A DNA stretch of 64,000 nucleotides from the human T2T-CHM13v2.0 reference genome, Homo sapiens: NCBI RefSeq assembly GCF_009914755.1, contig NC_060938.1; one strand, 5' to 3'. Below are positions 1 to 23,867 of this stretch, one piece after another. Below the pieces are notes generated by a model. The model saw only the letters and a program-made list of their open reading frames with translations. It was not told the origin of the DNA and did no database searches. The translations under genes were made by a program, and so were the position numbers. Numbering within the stretch: the stretch's first letter is position 1; every line of letters begins with the position of its first letter.

Positions 1-145
1 TTGTGGTGTGTGCATGTAGTTCTAGCTGCATGGGAGACTAAGGCGGGAGGATGGCTTCAGCCCAGGAATTCAAGGCTGCAGTGAGCTATGATTGCACCAC
101 TGCACCCCAGGCTGGGTGACTCAGTCTCTAAAAATAAATAAATAA
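1..145 (+). mobile_element. Alu, right-arm portion
   Basis: Alu consensus plus A-rich tail. Confidence 0.9.
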
Positions 146-251
146 CTAAATCTCTAACATTATAAAATGTATGCATCTCATTCTAAAGGCCAATGTCATC
201 CTCATAGGGAAGCTAGAAGCTTGCCTATTAAGGTCAGGAATGAGATGGAGG

Positions 252-582
252 TTTTCTTTTCTTTCTTTTGTTTGTTTGTTTTTTGTTTTGTTTTTTCTGA
301 GATAGAGTCTCACTCTGTCATCCAGGCTGGAGTGCAATGGTGTGATCTCGGCTCACAGGAACTTCTGCCTCCTGGGTTCAAGCGATTCTCCTGCATCAAG
401 GCCTCCCAAGTAGCTGGGATTACAGGCACCTGCCACTATGCCCGGCTAATTTTTGCATTTTTAGTAGAGCAGGGGTTTCACCATGTTGGCCAGGCTGTTC
501 TCAAACTCTTGACCTCAGGTGATCCACCTGCCTCCGCCTCCCAAAATGCTGGGATTACAGGCGTGAGCCACTGTGCCTGGCT
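252..582 (-). mobile_element. Alu (AluS-like)
   Basis: T-rich tail, then reverse Alu consensus. Confidence 0.92.
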
Positions 583-599
583 GAGATGAAGGTTTTCTT

Positions 600-1240
<641 letters not shown>

Positions 1241-1666
1241 CCCTGGACACTGGTGAAGCAGAGATGCCAGCTGAGGTCCTGCCCCCAGCTCCCCTTAAGC
1301 TGAGCAGTGTGGAGAACATCTTGCACAGGCTGCTGACTGCCTTCCAAGAAGCCCTTGACCTTTACCATGTGTTGGTCTCCCTTGACCGGGTGGGCACTGA
1401 GCAGTAGCAGGTGTAGACTGAGCTGGCCTCTAACTTCCTTTGGATCCACAGCCAGTTGTAGGCCAACAACGGGGTGGAGGGGTCTGATGTGGCTCCAGGC
1501 CCTCTCCAGCTCAGGTTACCCCTCCTTATGTACATTGTACTCAGAGCTGCTAGTGCAGGCTGTGCAGAGGAAGGCAGGGGACACTGAGGTCCAGCAGTCC
1601 CTGCTCCTGCTTCTGAAGAAATAGATATTTTAAGTGAATAAACTGACAGCTTAGAGGGGTAAAAAA
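1241..1666 (+). pseudogene. 5'-truncated processed pseudogene fragment of the WDR62 3' end, in PSEN1 intron 6
   Basis: From 1264 reads [63 protein letters not shown], later YSELLVQAVQRKAG, matching the WDR62 C-terminus as I recall it; AATAAA 1637-1642, A-tract 1661-1666, degenerate TSD aagaattgtgcaag / aagataatatgcaag. Confidence 0.85.
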
Positions 1667-1697
1667 GATAATATGCAAGATCTATTGAGAATTTTAA

Positions 1698-2219
1698 GGC
1701 TGGGTGTGGTGGCTCACACTTGTAATCTCACCTATTTGGGAGGCCGAGGTGGGAGGATCCTTTGAGCCCAGGGGTTCTAGACCATCCTGGGCAACATGGT
1801 TGAAACTCCATCTCTACAAAAAATACAAAACTTAGCCAGGCGTGGTGGTGCATGCCTGTAGCCCCAGCTGCTTGGGAGGCTGAGTCAGGAGGATCACTTG
1901 AGCCAAGGACTTTGGGGCTGCAGTGAACTGTGGTTGTGCCCTCTATCCAGGGTGACAGTCAGACCTTGTCTCTATTTAAAAAAAAAAAAAAAAAAAATTA
2001 AAATATGCTATCATTTGTGTCAAGTAGAAAAGTATATATATGACATGTATAGACTTTCTGGAAGGATGTACATGAAATTAATAGTAGTGCTTTCCAATCA
2101 GGCACGGTGGCTCACACCTGTAATCTCAACATTTTTGGAGGTGGAGACAGGAGGACTGCTTGAGCCTAGGAGTTCATAGCCAGCCTGGGCAACATAGCAA
2201 GACCCCATCTCAAGAAAAA
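1698..2219 (+). mobile_element. Alu (1698-1997) and FLAM monomer (~2097-2219)
   Basis: Alu consensus and A-tails. Confidence 0.88.
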
Positions 2220-3034
2220 GTAGTGCTTTCCTCTAAAGAGGGGAACCATGGGGCACAGTGGGGAGAAAACCTACTTTTCACAGTATCTGTTGTGAATTTT
2301 ATATCTTATTCATGTGTTACCTGGCCAAAGATTAATAAATAGATTGTTTTTGTTTTTGTTTTTTAGTTTGAGGATACTGGAAATGCTTAATATAAATATC
2401 TACATCGTCCAGAAATTTCAATGTTTACTCTATTTTGGAATTTCAAAGTGGGAGAGGAATCATCTTTTTGGATGGTACCTGAAACTGAAAGTTTATGCCT
2501 AAAGGCGTGCTTGCTTTCTCCTCAGTTACCTCAGGCATCTTCTACAGTTGCAATCTCTTTGTTGTTAGATGGTGGATTTTGCCTCCCCAGAATTAAAATA
2601 GCATTTTCTTCATTATAAAAATACTTAACATTCATTGTTTTTTTAAAAAAGACATTATATAAGATTATAAAGAAGAAAAATGACCAGATTCCCACCACCT
2701 AAAGATAAGTCCTGTCATCCTTTCAGGAATTAATATATCAATTTCTCATCTACTCTTCTCTCACACTACTTTGCATAAATGGGATCATAAATGGGATCCT
2801 ATATTTTTTCAAGCAACAGTGTGTTATGCCTATACTCCATGTTTATATGTGTGTATTAAAAAATGTATTTGTATATATGTGTATGTATAAGTGTGTGTGT
2901 GTGTATGATGATTCTTCTCCCGCTTTGAAGGTGAAAGAAAGCACACCTTTATTTAAGCATAAACTTTGGGTTTCAGATACTGTCTGGAAAAATGATTTAT
3001 CTCCCACTTTGAAATTCCAAAATACGTACATATA

Positions 3035-3339
3035 TTTTTTTTTTCTTTTCTTTTTTAGTTTTAGGGTCTTGCTGTGTTGCCCAGGCTGGAGTGCAGTAGT
3101 GTGATCATAGCTCACACAGCCTCTAACTCCCAGGCTCAAGCTATCTTCCTGCCCCAGCCTCCTGAGTAGCTGGGACTGCAGGCATGTGCCATCAACTTTA
3201 GCTAATTTTAAAATTTTTTTGTAGTGATAGAGTCTCACTGTGTTGCCCAGGCTCGTCTGGAATTCCTGGCCTCAAGTGATCCTCTCACCTCAGCCTCCCA
3301 AATTGCTGGGATTAGAGTGTGAGCCACTGTGCCTAGCCT
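3035..3339 (-). mobile_element. Alu (AluJ-like)
   Basis: Reverse Alu consensus. Confidence 0.9.
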
Positions 3340-3646
3340 GCATATATCTATTTTTAATGACTGCTAAATCTCATTGTATGAAAATTTATGTCCTAGCTAT
3401 AAAATTTGTTAGCACATGTTTAATTTTTTCTAATTTCAGATGTTTTAAACTAATATTTCCCAAAGTATAGTATGGCATTTTAGGTATGATATGATCTTTT
3501 TTCCTCTTCGTACTCATTTTTATAGTTATGGCCTGTGCAACTGGTTTCCCATTTATATGAATGATACAGAGCTTCCTATTAAGAAAAAGTTCAGCTTGGG
3601 AAAAAAAAAGTGAATTGTTCAACTTGAGGGAAAAAAGTGAATTAAT

Positions 3647-3957
3647 TGGCCAGGCACCGTGGCTCATGCTTGTAATCCCAGCACTTTGGGAGGCTGAGAC
3701 GGGTGGATTGCTTGAACCCAGGAGTTTTAGACCAACCTGGGCAACATGTTGAAACCCTATCTGTACAAAAAAAATTAGAAAAATTAGCTGGGCATAGTGG
3801 CACACACCTGTTGTCCCAGCTACTTAGGAGGCTGAGCTGGGAAGACCACCTGATCTCCGGAGGTAAAGACTGCAGTGAGCCGTGATTGCACCACTTTACT
3901 CCAGCCTGGGCAACAAAATGAGACCCTGGCTCAAAAACAAAAACAAAAACAAAAAAA
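3647..3957 (+). mobile_element. Alu (AluJ-like)
   Basis: Alu consensus; (CAAAAA)n tail. Confidence 0.9.
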
Positions 3958-4124
3958 GAGTAAATTAATTTAAAGGGAAGTATTAAATAAATAATAGCAC
4001 AGTTGATATAGGTTATGGTAAAATTATAAAGGTGGGATATTAATATCTAATGTTTGGGAGCCATCACATTATTCTAAATAATGTTTTGGTGAAAATTATT
4101 GTACATCTTTTAAAATCTGTGTAA

Positions 4125-4370
<246 letters not shown>

Positions 4371-4520
4371 TGATAATTTGTTTGTCACAGGAATGCCCCA
4401 CTGGAGTGTTTTCTTTCCTCATCTCTTTATCTTGATTTAGAGAAAATGGTAACGTGTACATCCCATAACTCTTCAGTAAATCATTAATTAGCTATAGTAA
4501 CTTTTTCATTTGAAGATTTC

Positions 4521-8721
<4,201 letters not shown>

Positions 8722-9407
8722 TATATGCTGAATTTTCATGACAGAGAATGAAAGAAAAAGTGCAGTTGATCGAAAGAAATGGTGGTATAAACAGGAATAA
8801 CAGGCATGTTGTTTCCTCTCTGATTTATTATTTTTGTAAAATAAGCTACTTTTCAGCACCACATACATATGTTCTGAGACCTGAATATTTGTGACCAAAG
8901 AGTAAAGAAGTAATAAACTTTATCTCGCAAAGAGTTATTATTGTGTTTTATTTAAATTTACTGCCCTCTTACTTCAAGTACTTCTCAGTAGTACGTAATA
9001 CTGCTTTTAAAAAGGAGAAGGGATGAATTTCTTCTACTCTGCTCTTCATATTTTGAAAAGTTCAGTCAAATCCCCTTTATTAAATTCATCTCAGAGTAAT
9101 CTTTTTAATTTGTAGTTCATATCCGTGATTAGTTTAGAAGTGACTTCTCCCTGTTTCTGCTCACTGTAGGTTGACAACTGCTTAAAATAGTCTATCTCAT
9201 CATTATCTCTGCAGCTTTCCTTTAAACTAGGAAGACTTGTTCCTATACCCCAGTAACGATACACTGTACACTAAGCAAATAGCAGTCAAACCCAAATGAA
9301 ATTTTTACAGATGTTCTGTGTCATTTTATTTTGTTTATGTTGTCTCCCCCACCCCCACCAGTTCACCTGCCATTTATTTCATATTCATTCAACGTCTTTT
9401 TGTGTAA

Positions 9408-9644
<237 letters not shown>

Positions 9645-10263
9645 TAGTAATCAGTGTAGAATTTATCGGAACTGAAGCACATGTAACTATGGTCATTTTC
9701 ATGGTACTTGTTCTCATCTTAAATGCACAGCATTCCTGGAACTCCTGCAGATCTCTTTGTTTCCTTGCAAGCAATTGTCTTCTACCTGATGTTGATTCAA
9801 GAGAGTTTTCAATATGAATAGAAAGAAAGAAAATGTTTAGATATTGGGGAACCAGCATTCCCATTTTAAAACCTGTTAGGAGTTGTTGATTAGGGCAAGC
9901 TCAAGGATTCCTTTGAGTGACTGGTTTAGATGTCTTTCTGCTATTCGGTGACCACTGGGGAACTGAGATTGTTGAGCAGAAGGGTAATGTGAGCAGAGCC
10001 GTGCCTTTGTAAGCTGGCAGCACTGTGTGAGATGAATTGGTGGGTTGGATACTGAGATCATGAGAGGCATACTAAGCATAATTAAGATGATATTGCCATG
10101 ATCTAGGTGGAAAGTAATGGGGGTTTGAATTATGGTAGTGGCAGTAGCAATCAAGGGAAAGAGTTGATCAGAGGATTCAGAGGTAGAATCAATAGTTCTA
10201 GCAACTGAGGAGAGAAGTTGTAAGCTTGAAGGAAAGGTGATGAAGAAAAAATGCTTTCCTGTG

Positions 10264-12044
<1,781 letters not shown>

Positions 12045-12257
12045 CTGTAAAATTAATCTTAATTATACAAGTAATTCATTATCCTTGAAAAAGGATAAAC
12101 ATTACAGATAAAAATAAATTTCACGGTAACTATCATCTCTAATCTTAATGCCTTATCAAGTACTTACCCCTGTTGTCAGTTTGTTGTATATCCTTGTAGA
12201 TTTTTTTTGCCAATTTTTCTGTTGAGTTACTGGAAAAGCAGTTTCAAGAAGGAGAGA

Positions 12258-15779
<3,522 letters not shown>

Positions 15780-15904
15780 TAAACGAAATCTGCTTATTTT
15801 CCTGTTGATGTAAGGTGTTTGTGTTAAGGTGAAATGAAAAGTGATTTTTAAAAAAATATTATTTTAGGACTATTTAACAAATATACTATTTATGATAATT
15901 AACA

Positions 15905-16085
15905 TGGGGTTAGCAAACTACTGCTTGAAGCCAAATATGGCCCATGGCTTGTTTTTGTACAGCTTATAAGCTAAAAATGCTTTTTACATTTAAAAAAAAA
16001 AAAAAGAACAAGGAAGAATATGTGACACACAAAACCTGAAATGTTTACTCCCTGGCCATTTACAGAAAAAGTTAGCTGGACATTG
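15905..16085. mobile_element. MER58-like hAT DNA transposon relic
   Basis: ggggttagcaaactac...gccaaat.tggccc...tttact.cctggcc.tttacagaaaaagtt. Confidence 0.7.
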
Positions 16086-16216
16086 ATTTTCATGTTACTA
16101 TTAACTGCTAAAACAAAGGAGCTTGTAGCTATATTTTTTCATACTTGCATAAAGAAAGAAAACCTAATAAATCGCTGGTGGCTTCATTTCCAAAAGGCTA
16201 TGGAAATCCATAAACA

Positions 16217-16340
16217 GGCTGGGTGCAGTGGCTCATGCCTGTAATCCTAGCACTTTGGGAGGCTGAGGCGGGAGGATTGCTTGAGCCCAGGAGTTTGAGT
16301 CTGGCCTGGGCAACGTAGTGAGACCCTGTTTTTAGAAAAA
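16217..16340 (+). mobile_element. FLAM/Alu monomer
   Basis: Left-arm consensus; TSD-like aatccataaac on both sides. Confidence 0.85.
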
Positions 16341-16656
16341 ATGAAGATAAAAAACTAATCCATAAACCTCATACTTGGTGGTTGCCCTTCAGTTTTTCTT
16401 CTTTAGATCTGGATTTAGTTAAACAGTGTATTGCCTGCCTGGTTTCTGTTAACTTTTGATCATTTGGTTGGGTTATCCTATAATGAAACTTGGTTGACCT
16501 CAGAAATAACAAGGTGGTCGTTCAGCTTCTTTGATTGTGTGTTTCTTTCATAAGTTCTTCAAGAAGCCTGAGTATTAGAAACATGGATAAAATTATTGTG
16601 ATAAAAAGCCAGAGAGACATAAATGTCAAGTATCTTGTTTAAAATTACTGTGACCA

Positions 16657-17072
<416 letters not shown>

Positions 17073-17750
17073 TCAGGATAAGTTCCAAAATGTAATATTG
17101 CTGGGTTAAAGGATTAATGCACATGTAGTTTTATTAGATGTTACCAAATTTCCCTCCAGTGGGGATTATACCATTTTTCATTCCTGCCTGAAATATATGA
17201 GAGAAGCACCATTTTAAAGTTTTCACAATGTCTCTGAACTAAAATGTGGTAGAGATGCACATGTGTATATCTAGATCTAGATTGATATATTGATATACAT
17301 GTATTTTTGTAGAAGGGGCACAGAGGAGGCCTCTTGACTATCCCTATTATGTTTATTGCTTTTAACGTTTTTTCTCACGCCGGGTTTAAAACATGGTTTA
17401 GCATTATTGAACATTCTAAAAATGAGACATAATATGAAGGAAATTTACTCTGTGCATCTTTTGAATTATAATCACCATCTGAGGCTTTTGTGAGCTCCAG
17501 TTTGTCCTGGAATTTAGAACATTCAACTAGTCCAGCTATTGTTTCAGTGGAATCTTGCTGGCCTGAACAGTTTTCCTTCTGGTTACTTTTCAGGGACTAA
17601 AAATGATGAAGAGTTTTGTGATAGCAGGTGCAGTTTGAGTACTACAGTAAACATTCAGTTTCAGAACTTCTTCTCTTACCTGCTAAAACCAAAGAGAACC
17701 TTTTTTTTATTTTTACTTCTGATTGTTGAACAGTCTTAAGGCAGCATTAG

Positions 17751-17939
<189 letters not shown>

Positions 17940-18500
17940 TAACTTTTATTAGATAATATCTTGATTTTTCAGGGTCACTGTTATAAGCTAACAGTATAGC
18001 AATGTTTTTATCGTCTTTCTTTGGTCATAGACTCCTTTGAGAATCTCTTGAGAACTATGATAATGCCCAGTAAATACACAGATAAGTATTTAAGGAGTTC
18101 AGATACTCAAAACCCAACAATACAGTCAAAGCATCCTAGGTTAAGACACCTCCCATTAAATACAGAATACCAGCATGGAAAGGTTCAGGCTGAGGTTATG
18201 ATTTTGTTTTTGTTTTTTGTTTGTTTTTTATAAGTCATGATTTTAAAAAGAAAAAATAAACTCTCTCCAAACATGTAAAAGTAAGAATCTCCTAAAAGAA
18301 ACAAAAAAGAAACAGACAATAAAGGAAAAATAAGTAAACAAAAAAAGCAAAATATAAACAACATAAAAATGAGAACCTCTTGTCTAACATGGCCAGAATA
18401 ACTGAAATATGATTTGAGATGTGCTGATGTGTATACTGAGAAGATCAAATATTCTAGGTGGATATGACTTTTTAGAAGAGGATAAGAATGACTTAGGATG

Positions 18501-18640
18501 AGCTGGGTGCAGTGATGTGTGCCTGTAGTCCCAGCTACATGGCCAAGGCAAGAGGATCACTTGAGCTAAGGAGTTCCGGATTACCCTGGGCAACTTATAC
18601 CTTACCTCAAAAATAATAATAATAATGAATAATAATAATG
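18501..18640 (+). mobile_element. Alu monomer with (AAT)n tail
   Basis: Monomer consensus; TSD aatgacttaggat. Confidence 0.8.
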
Positions 18641-19830
18641 ACTTAGGATAAGAGAGTGAAAGGCCCTCTAAGGATACTACAGAACATATTAAGGAGAACA
18701 CAAGTTAGAAGTTGTTATTAGATGGAGTTGAGGGGGAGCTTTCATTCAGTTTTCTGGAATGGAGGCTACCTTCCCACACACACTAAAAAAAAAAAGAAAG
18801 GGTTGAGGAATAACAGCACAATATAAATAGTCTAAAAAAAGGGCTAACTTTTATGAGGAATCTGAAAAACAACAGGCACAGTAAATATTGGTGAGGAAAA
18901 AAAGGCCTTAATTGAGTTGCTGTTTGTCAGGAAAGGGAGAGTTTATGTTTTATAAAGCCAGGAAATCTACAGAGTTAGCATTTAGGCAACTGCAAGGAAG
19001 ATACTTTCAACCAGGAATTCCTATTTGGAACTCAGAGATGTGAGTCTTTATTATACAGTAAGCAAGGCAGCAGAACAAGGTCATGTTAGACTCTCACGGG
19101 ATCCTTAGGGTGTGACTTTGCTAGCCAGAAACCTCTGTGGCTGGTGGCACCTTTTCCTGAGATTTGCTCAGGCCCACTGGGCTCATTCCACCTACTCAGC
19201 CTAGCTGGCTATGCTTGGCTTTCTCTACCAGCTGGACCCCATGCCTGCCAAAGGCAAGCCAGGCATGGAGCAGCGAGGAGTGCATGAGCAAGTGAGTGCA
19301 GGGTCCAGCCACTGCACACAGCCAGGCATGCTGGCTGCAGCAGGGCAGGCAGCCTCAGGTACTAGCTCCCTGCTGCAGCTAGACCAGGCATTACCTAAGC
19401 AGCTTTGACTACAGGCCACTACCACTAGTAAACCTGATAGAAAAGTAAGAAATATACTGGAAAGAATTGCCACAAGCCTGGCTCTTGTGTTAACCTTGTG
19501 TTAACCTGGGGAACACAGGGGCACCCAGAAGCTTGGAGATGCCAGGAACTGCAGAACCCCAAAGAGGGGGGTCATAGCCCTGGCTTAGGGAACTCCTGAG
19601 TCTGGACTCCCCGAAGGGCCACATCTCTTCACTCCTCTCTTCTCTCCTTCTCGCCACCTGCAACGTGGCAAGTGGGGGGCACGTTTCAGCCCTGTTTGTC
19701 TTACGGTTCTTTCAATCCTGCCATTCAATGGGTCCCAAGTTCTTGTCCTGCATCCAGGAAGAATGAAGTACGTGGACAGCTGGAGGGAGAGCAAGATGAA
19801 AAGGTGCTTTATTGAGCAACAGTACAGCTC

Positions 19831-20070
19831 TCAGGAGACCCTATCTGCAGGCAGGTCGTCCCATTGTCTCTGCAGCTCTCAGTGGAGAGGAGACCTGGAG
19901 TGGGTAGCTCCTGTCTGCAGGCAGGTCATCCTGATGTCTGTAATCCTCAGTGGAGAGGAGACCCGGAATGGGTATCTCCTATCCACAAGCAGGTCATCCC
20001 ATCATCTCTGCAGCCCTCAGTGGAGAGGAGACCCGGAGTGGGTAGCTTCTTTCTGCAGGCAGGTTGTCCC
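19831..20070. repeat. Internal ~67-70-bp tandem repeats of MER52 (about 3.5 copies)
   Basis: cagtggagaggagacc.ggagtgggta...gcaggcaggt recurs at ~19880, ~19948 and ~20018. Confidence 0.75.
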
Positions 20071-20285
20071 TTCATCTGCCCAAGTCTGACTGAGTCTGGG
20101 GTTTTTATGGGCTTCAGAGGGGAGGAAGTACATGCTGATGGGTCCATGGGTGGCCATGAGCAGGCCCAGAAAATGCACCATAAGTTCTCACTGTGGTCTG
20201 TGGAACTGGGAGCTTGGCCTCCAGGCTTCAGGCTTTCCCTGACTTGAGGTGGTGCTTCACCAGGGAACTTCCCCTTTCCGCCTAG

Positions 20286-20377
20286 GAGCCTGTCTGCCTC
20301 CTGCTGCCATCAACCTGCTGTCTATAGCTCCCATGGCACCCAGGCTGTTCATGCCAAAGGGTGCCTGCAGGCCCACG
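20286..20377 (+). CDS. PSEN1: Alternative 92-nt PSEN1 cassette exon inside a MER52 LTR; frameshifts to TAG at 23318-23320 (truncated I-374-type isoform)
   Basis: cccctttccgcctag|GAGCC...CCCACG|gtaagc; joined to exon 9 reads RACLPPAAINLLSIAPMAPRLFMPKGACRPT then exon 10 shifted [29 protein letters not shown], which I recall as the C-terminus of PS1 isoform I-374. Confidence 0.85.
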
Positions 20378-20949
20378 GTAAGCTGCCTTCAGCCCCTCCT
20401 CAGTCTCCCTCCCATGCTTGTCAGCACCCAAAGTCCAGAGGGGGCCAAGGTGGCAGGGGGCTGGCATGTCAGTGCTGCCCCAAGCGCCCGCACACCCGGC
20501 CAGGTCATGACAGCACCCAGCCTCAGCCACAACTTTGCTCTGAAATCGGAGCCTGCAGACGCAAGGGGCTTCCTGGACCCCTGAGAGCACAGGGATGCCC
20601 AGGTCTACAGCCACAGCTGGGAAGCTGCAGCTGTGGGAGTGCGGGACTTCTGCCCCACCAACTCAGAAGGGGGCAGGACTCCCGCCTGTTCCTGGCTCCT
20701 GCCAGCTCACAGAGCATGCTGCCCCAGCTGCACCTCCCCTGCTGCAGCTGCCATCTTTGCAGCAGCCACTCCAGATGGGCCGCTGCTGCCATCAAAACCA
20801 CTAGTAAACCTGATAGAAAAGTAAGAAATATACTGGAAAGAATTGCCACAAGCCTGGCTCTTGTGTTAACCTGTGTTAAGCTAAAGAAAATCAAATGATT
20901 GTCTGTGAGCATGTAGGTATATATGTATGTGAGTGAGTGATACAACAGA

Positions 20950-21300
20950 ATTTCATTCATTTTACAGATGTTGACTGAGCACCTGACTATGTGCTAGGCC
21001 CTGGGGATATAGCACTGAACAAGATTTCCCCTGCCCTTGTGGAGCTTATAGTCTATTTGGAGAGATAGATGGTCAACAAATTATTACATAAATAATTCAT
21101 ACAGTTGTGATAGGTACTACAAAGAAGACGTATAAGTTGCTATGAAAGTTTATAATAGGGGAATTTTACGTATCCTGGAAAGTCAAGGGGTGCTTCCCTG
21201 AGGAAGTGGTAATAGGGGACGGCCCGCTGAAGGATGGAGGAAGAGCTTTCCAAGAGAGGGACAACATGAGCAAGGGCTTTGAAATGAGAAGGCTGGATGA
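20950..21300 (-). mobile_element. L2 3' fragment
   Basis: ttcattcatt...ctgagcacctgactatgtgctaggccctgggga. Confidence 0.65.
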
Positions 21301-21304
21301 ACTG

Positions 21305-21520
21305 CAGGCTTCCTCAGTGAGAATGCTGCTGGTATTTTGGGGGGCACAGTTCTTTGTGGGACTTTCCCTCATATTGCAAGATATTTAACATCCCTGGCCC
21401 CTCACCCACTAAATGCCAATAATGGCTTTAAGGCTTTGCAATAATCAAAAACTCCTCCATCCTAGTTATTTCCAAACACTCCCCGGAAGGGAGGTGCTAT
21501 CCCTAGTTGAAAAATCACTG
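21305..21520. mobile_element. MER20 hAT relic
   Basis: atttaacatccctggcccctcacccactaaatgcca...ccctagttgaaaatcactg. Confidence 0.7.
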
Positions 21521-22529
21521 TGTTAACGGAACTAGAAGTTACATTGGAACAAAAGGGCATAGGGCTCCAAGAGGGATATCTGTGTAAGGAAAAAACAAAC
21601 AAAAGAACTGAGAGATTACCTGATGTGGTTGAGCTCTGTCAGAGCATTTCAGGATAAATTAGTCATAGATAATAATATAAAATTCATCAGTGGAAAAAAA
21701 TGAGGCAGTTTTCCAAAGAAAACAAAAACTTGCTCAAAAAAGCAAATGTAATTATAGTATATTCTGGCTATAGCAAAGTAGTTTAGTTGTGAATATTATT
21801 TGCATAGTGAGAATATAAAGCTGAATTTAATATAAGGTTATGGCACTGGGAAGACAGGAAGAGTTACATTTGCGTGCACTAAAGGATGAGACCTAATGCT
21901 TTATCTTCTCTATAGGAGGTGAATAAGTACCTCAAATTAAAACATCAAGTTATGGCACAATGAGCATGCTACTTATAATTAATTATGGAGGTAAATACCA
22001 AAAGGGATGGCTAAAAGAGTTTAAGGTAGGAATGAGTATCAGAAGTGAGGAGGGAGGGGGTAGAAAAGGGACTGCTGTTTTCATTTATAAATCTTATTCT
22101 TATATTATTTCATAAACTCCAAACCAGAGAAGATTCAGGTTTTTGGAGATCTGGATAATAAAAAGAATACAAAACTATCAATACAAAATTGTGAGGGCTC
22201 TCCCAGAGGAAGCCATGCAAGGAAGGGCCCTGAAGCTTACAAGCTTTACTTATTCATGGCAAATCTACTTCTGCTCTGAACATGTATTACTTTTATAAAA
22301 AATGAAGGAAGAATAAAAGTACTTTGAACTTCACTTATATATTTTAATTATTTTTAATGTATGGAAGTTTTTTAAGACTATCATGCTCACCATTTTCAAT
22401 GAGATTGATAGTCATTATAATGAAATGACTGGCCCATAAAGACATTCACTCCCCGCTCCTTTCCCAATCCACCCTCCAGAATGAAGCCACTTTTATAATT
22501 TTGTCACCAAATCCAGGGATGAGTGCCAA

Positions 22530-23070
22530 CAGTTAGGAAGCTTTCAGTTGCAAAAGATAAAAAGCCCAACTCAGTTGCCTTAAACAAAGAAGAAATTTAT
22601 TCTTTCACGTGACAGGAAGGCCTGAGGTGTAGGCATTTGAAATTTGTAGGGTTGGTTAATTTGGTGGCTCAGGGATGTTTTCAAGTAGCCCAACTTCCTA
22701 CTCTACCATCACTAGTGTATAGGCTTGGTCTTCAGCCCACTGCTCTTCGTGGTCATGACAGCTGTAGTTCTAGGCATCATGTCTAGATAAGGCAACATTC
22801 AGGGGTAGAAGGGGACTGTTTATTTTTTCCTTTAGTCTCTCTTAAAGAGTGAGAAAAATTTTCCCAGGAATCCCGGTGGACTTTGCTTCACCACTCATAG
22901 GTTCATACCAAGTTACAACCCCACAACCTTAGAGCTTTTGTTAGGAAGAGGCTTGGTGGGATTACCGTGCTTGGCTTGGCTTGGTCAGGATTCACCACCA
23001 GAGTCATGTGGGAGGGGGTGGGAACCCAAACAATTCAGGATTCTGCCCTCAGGAAATAAAGGAGAAAATA
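22530..23070. mobile_element. MLT1-type (MaLR) LTR relic
   Basis: cagttaggaagctttcagttgcaa...cccaactca...cttaaacaaag...caggattctg. Confidence 0.55.
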
Positions 23071-23211
23071 GCTGTTGGATAAACTACCAGCAGGCACTGC
23101 TACAGCCCATGCTTTGTGGTTTAAGGGCCAGCTAGTTACAATGACAGCTAGTTACTGTTTCCATGTAATTTTCTTAAAGGTATTAAATTTTTCTAAATAT
23201 TAGAGCTGTAA

Positions 23212-23448
<237 letters not shown>

Positions 23449-23504
23449 TAGCTACATTATCAACCTTTTTGAGAATAAAATGAATTGAGAGTGTTACAGT
23501 CTAA

Positions 23505-23867
<363 letters not shown>

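Larger units (their letters stand above)
19092..20794 (-). mobile_element. MER52-family (ERV1) solo LTR, antisense in PSEN1 intron 9
   Basis: Right end ...gctgctgccatca (reverse complement TGATGGCAGCAGC...), left end t.tcacgggatcc; internal cagtggagaggagacc repeats; near 4-bp TSD agac/aaac. Confidence 0.8.

Noticed and set aside
17258-17305. Palindrome atctagatctagat with flanking inverted AT-rich sequence
   Set aside because: Short and low-complexity; plausible by chance.
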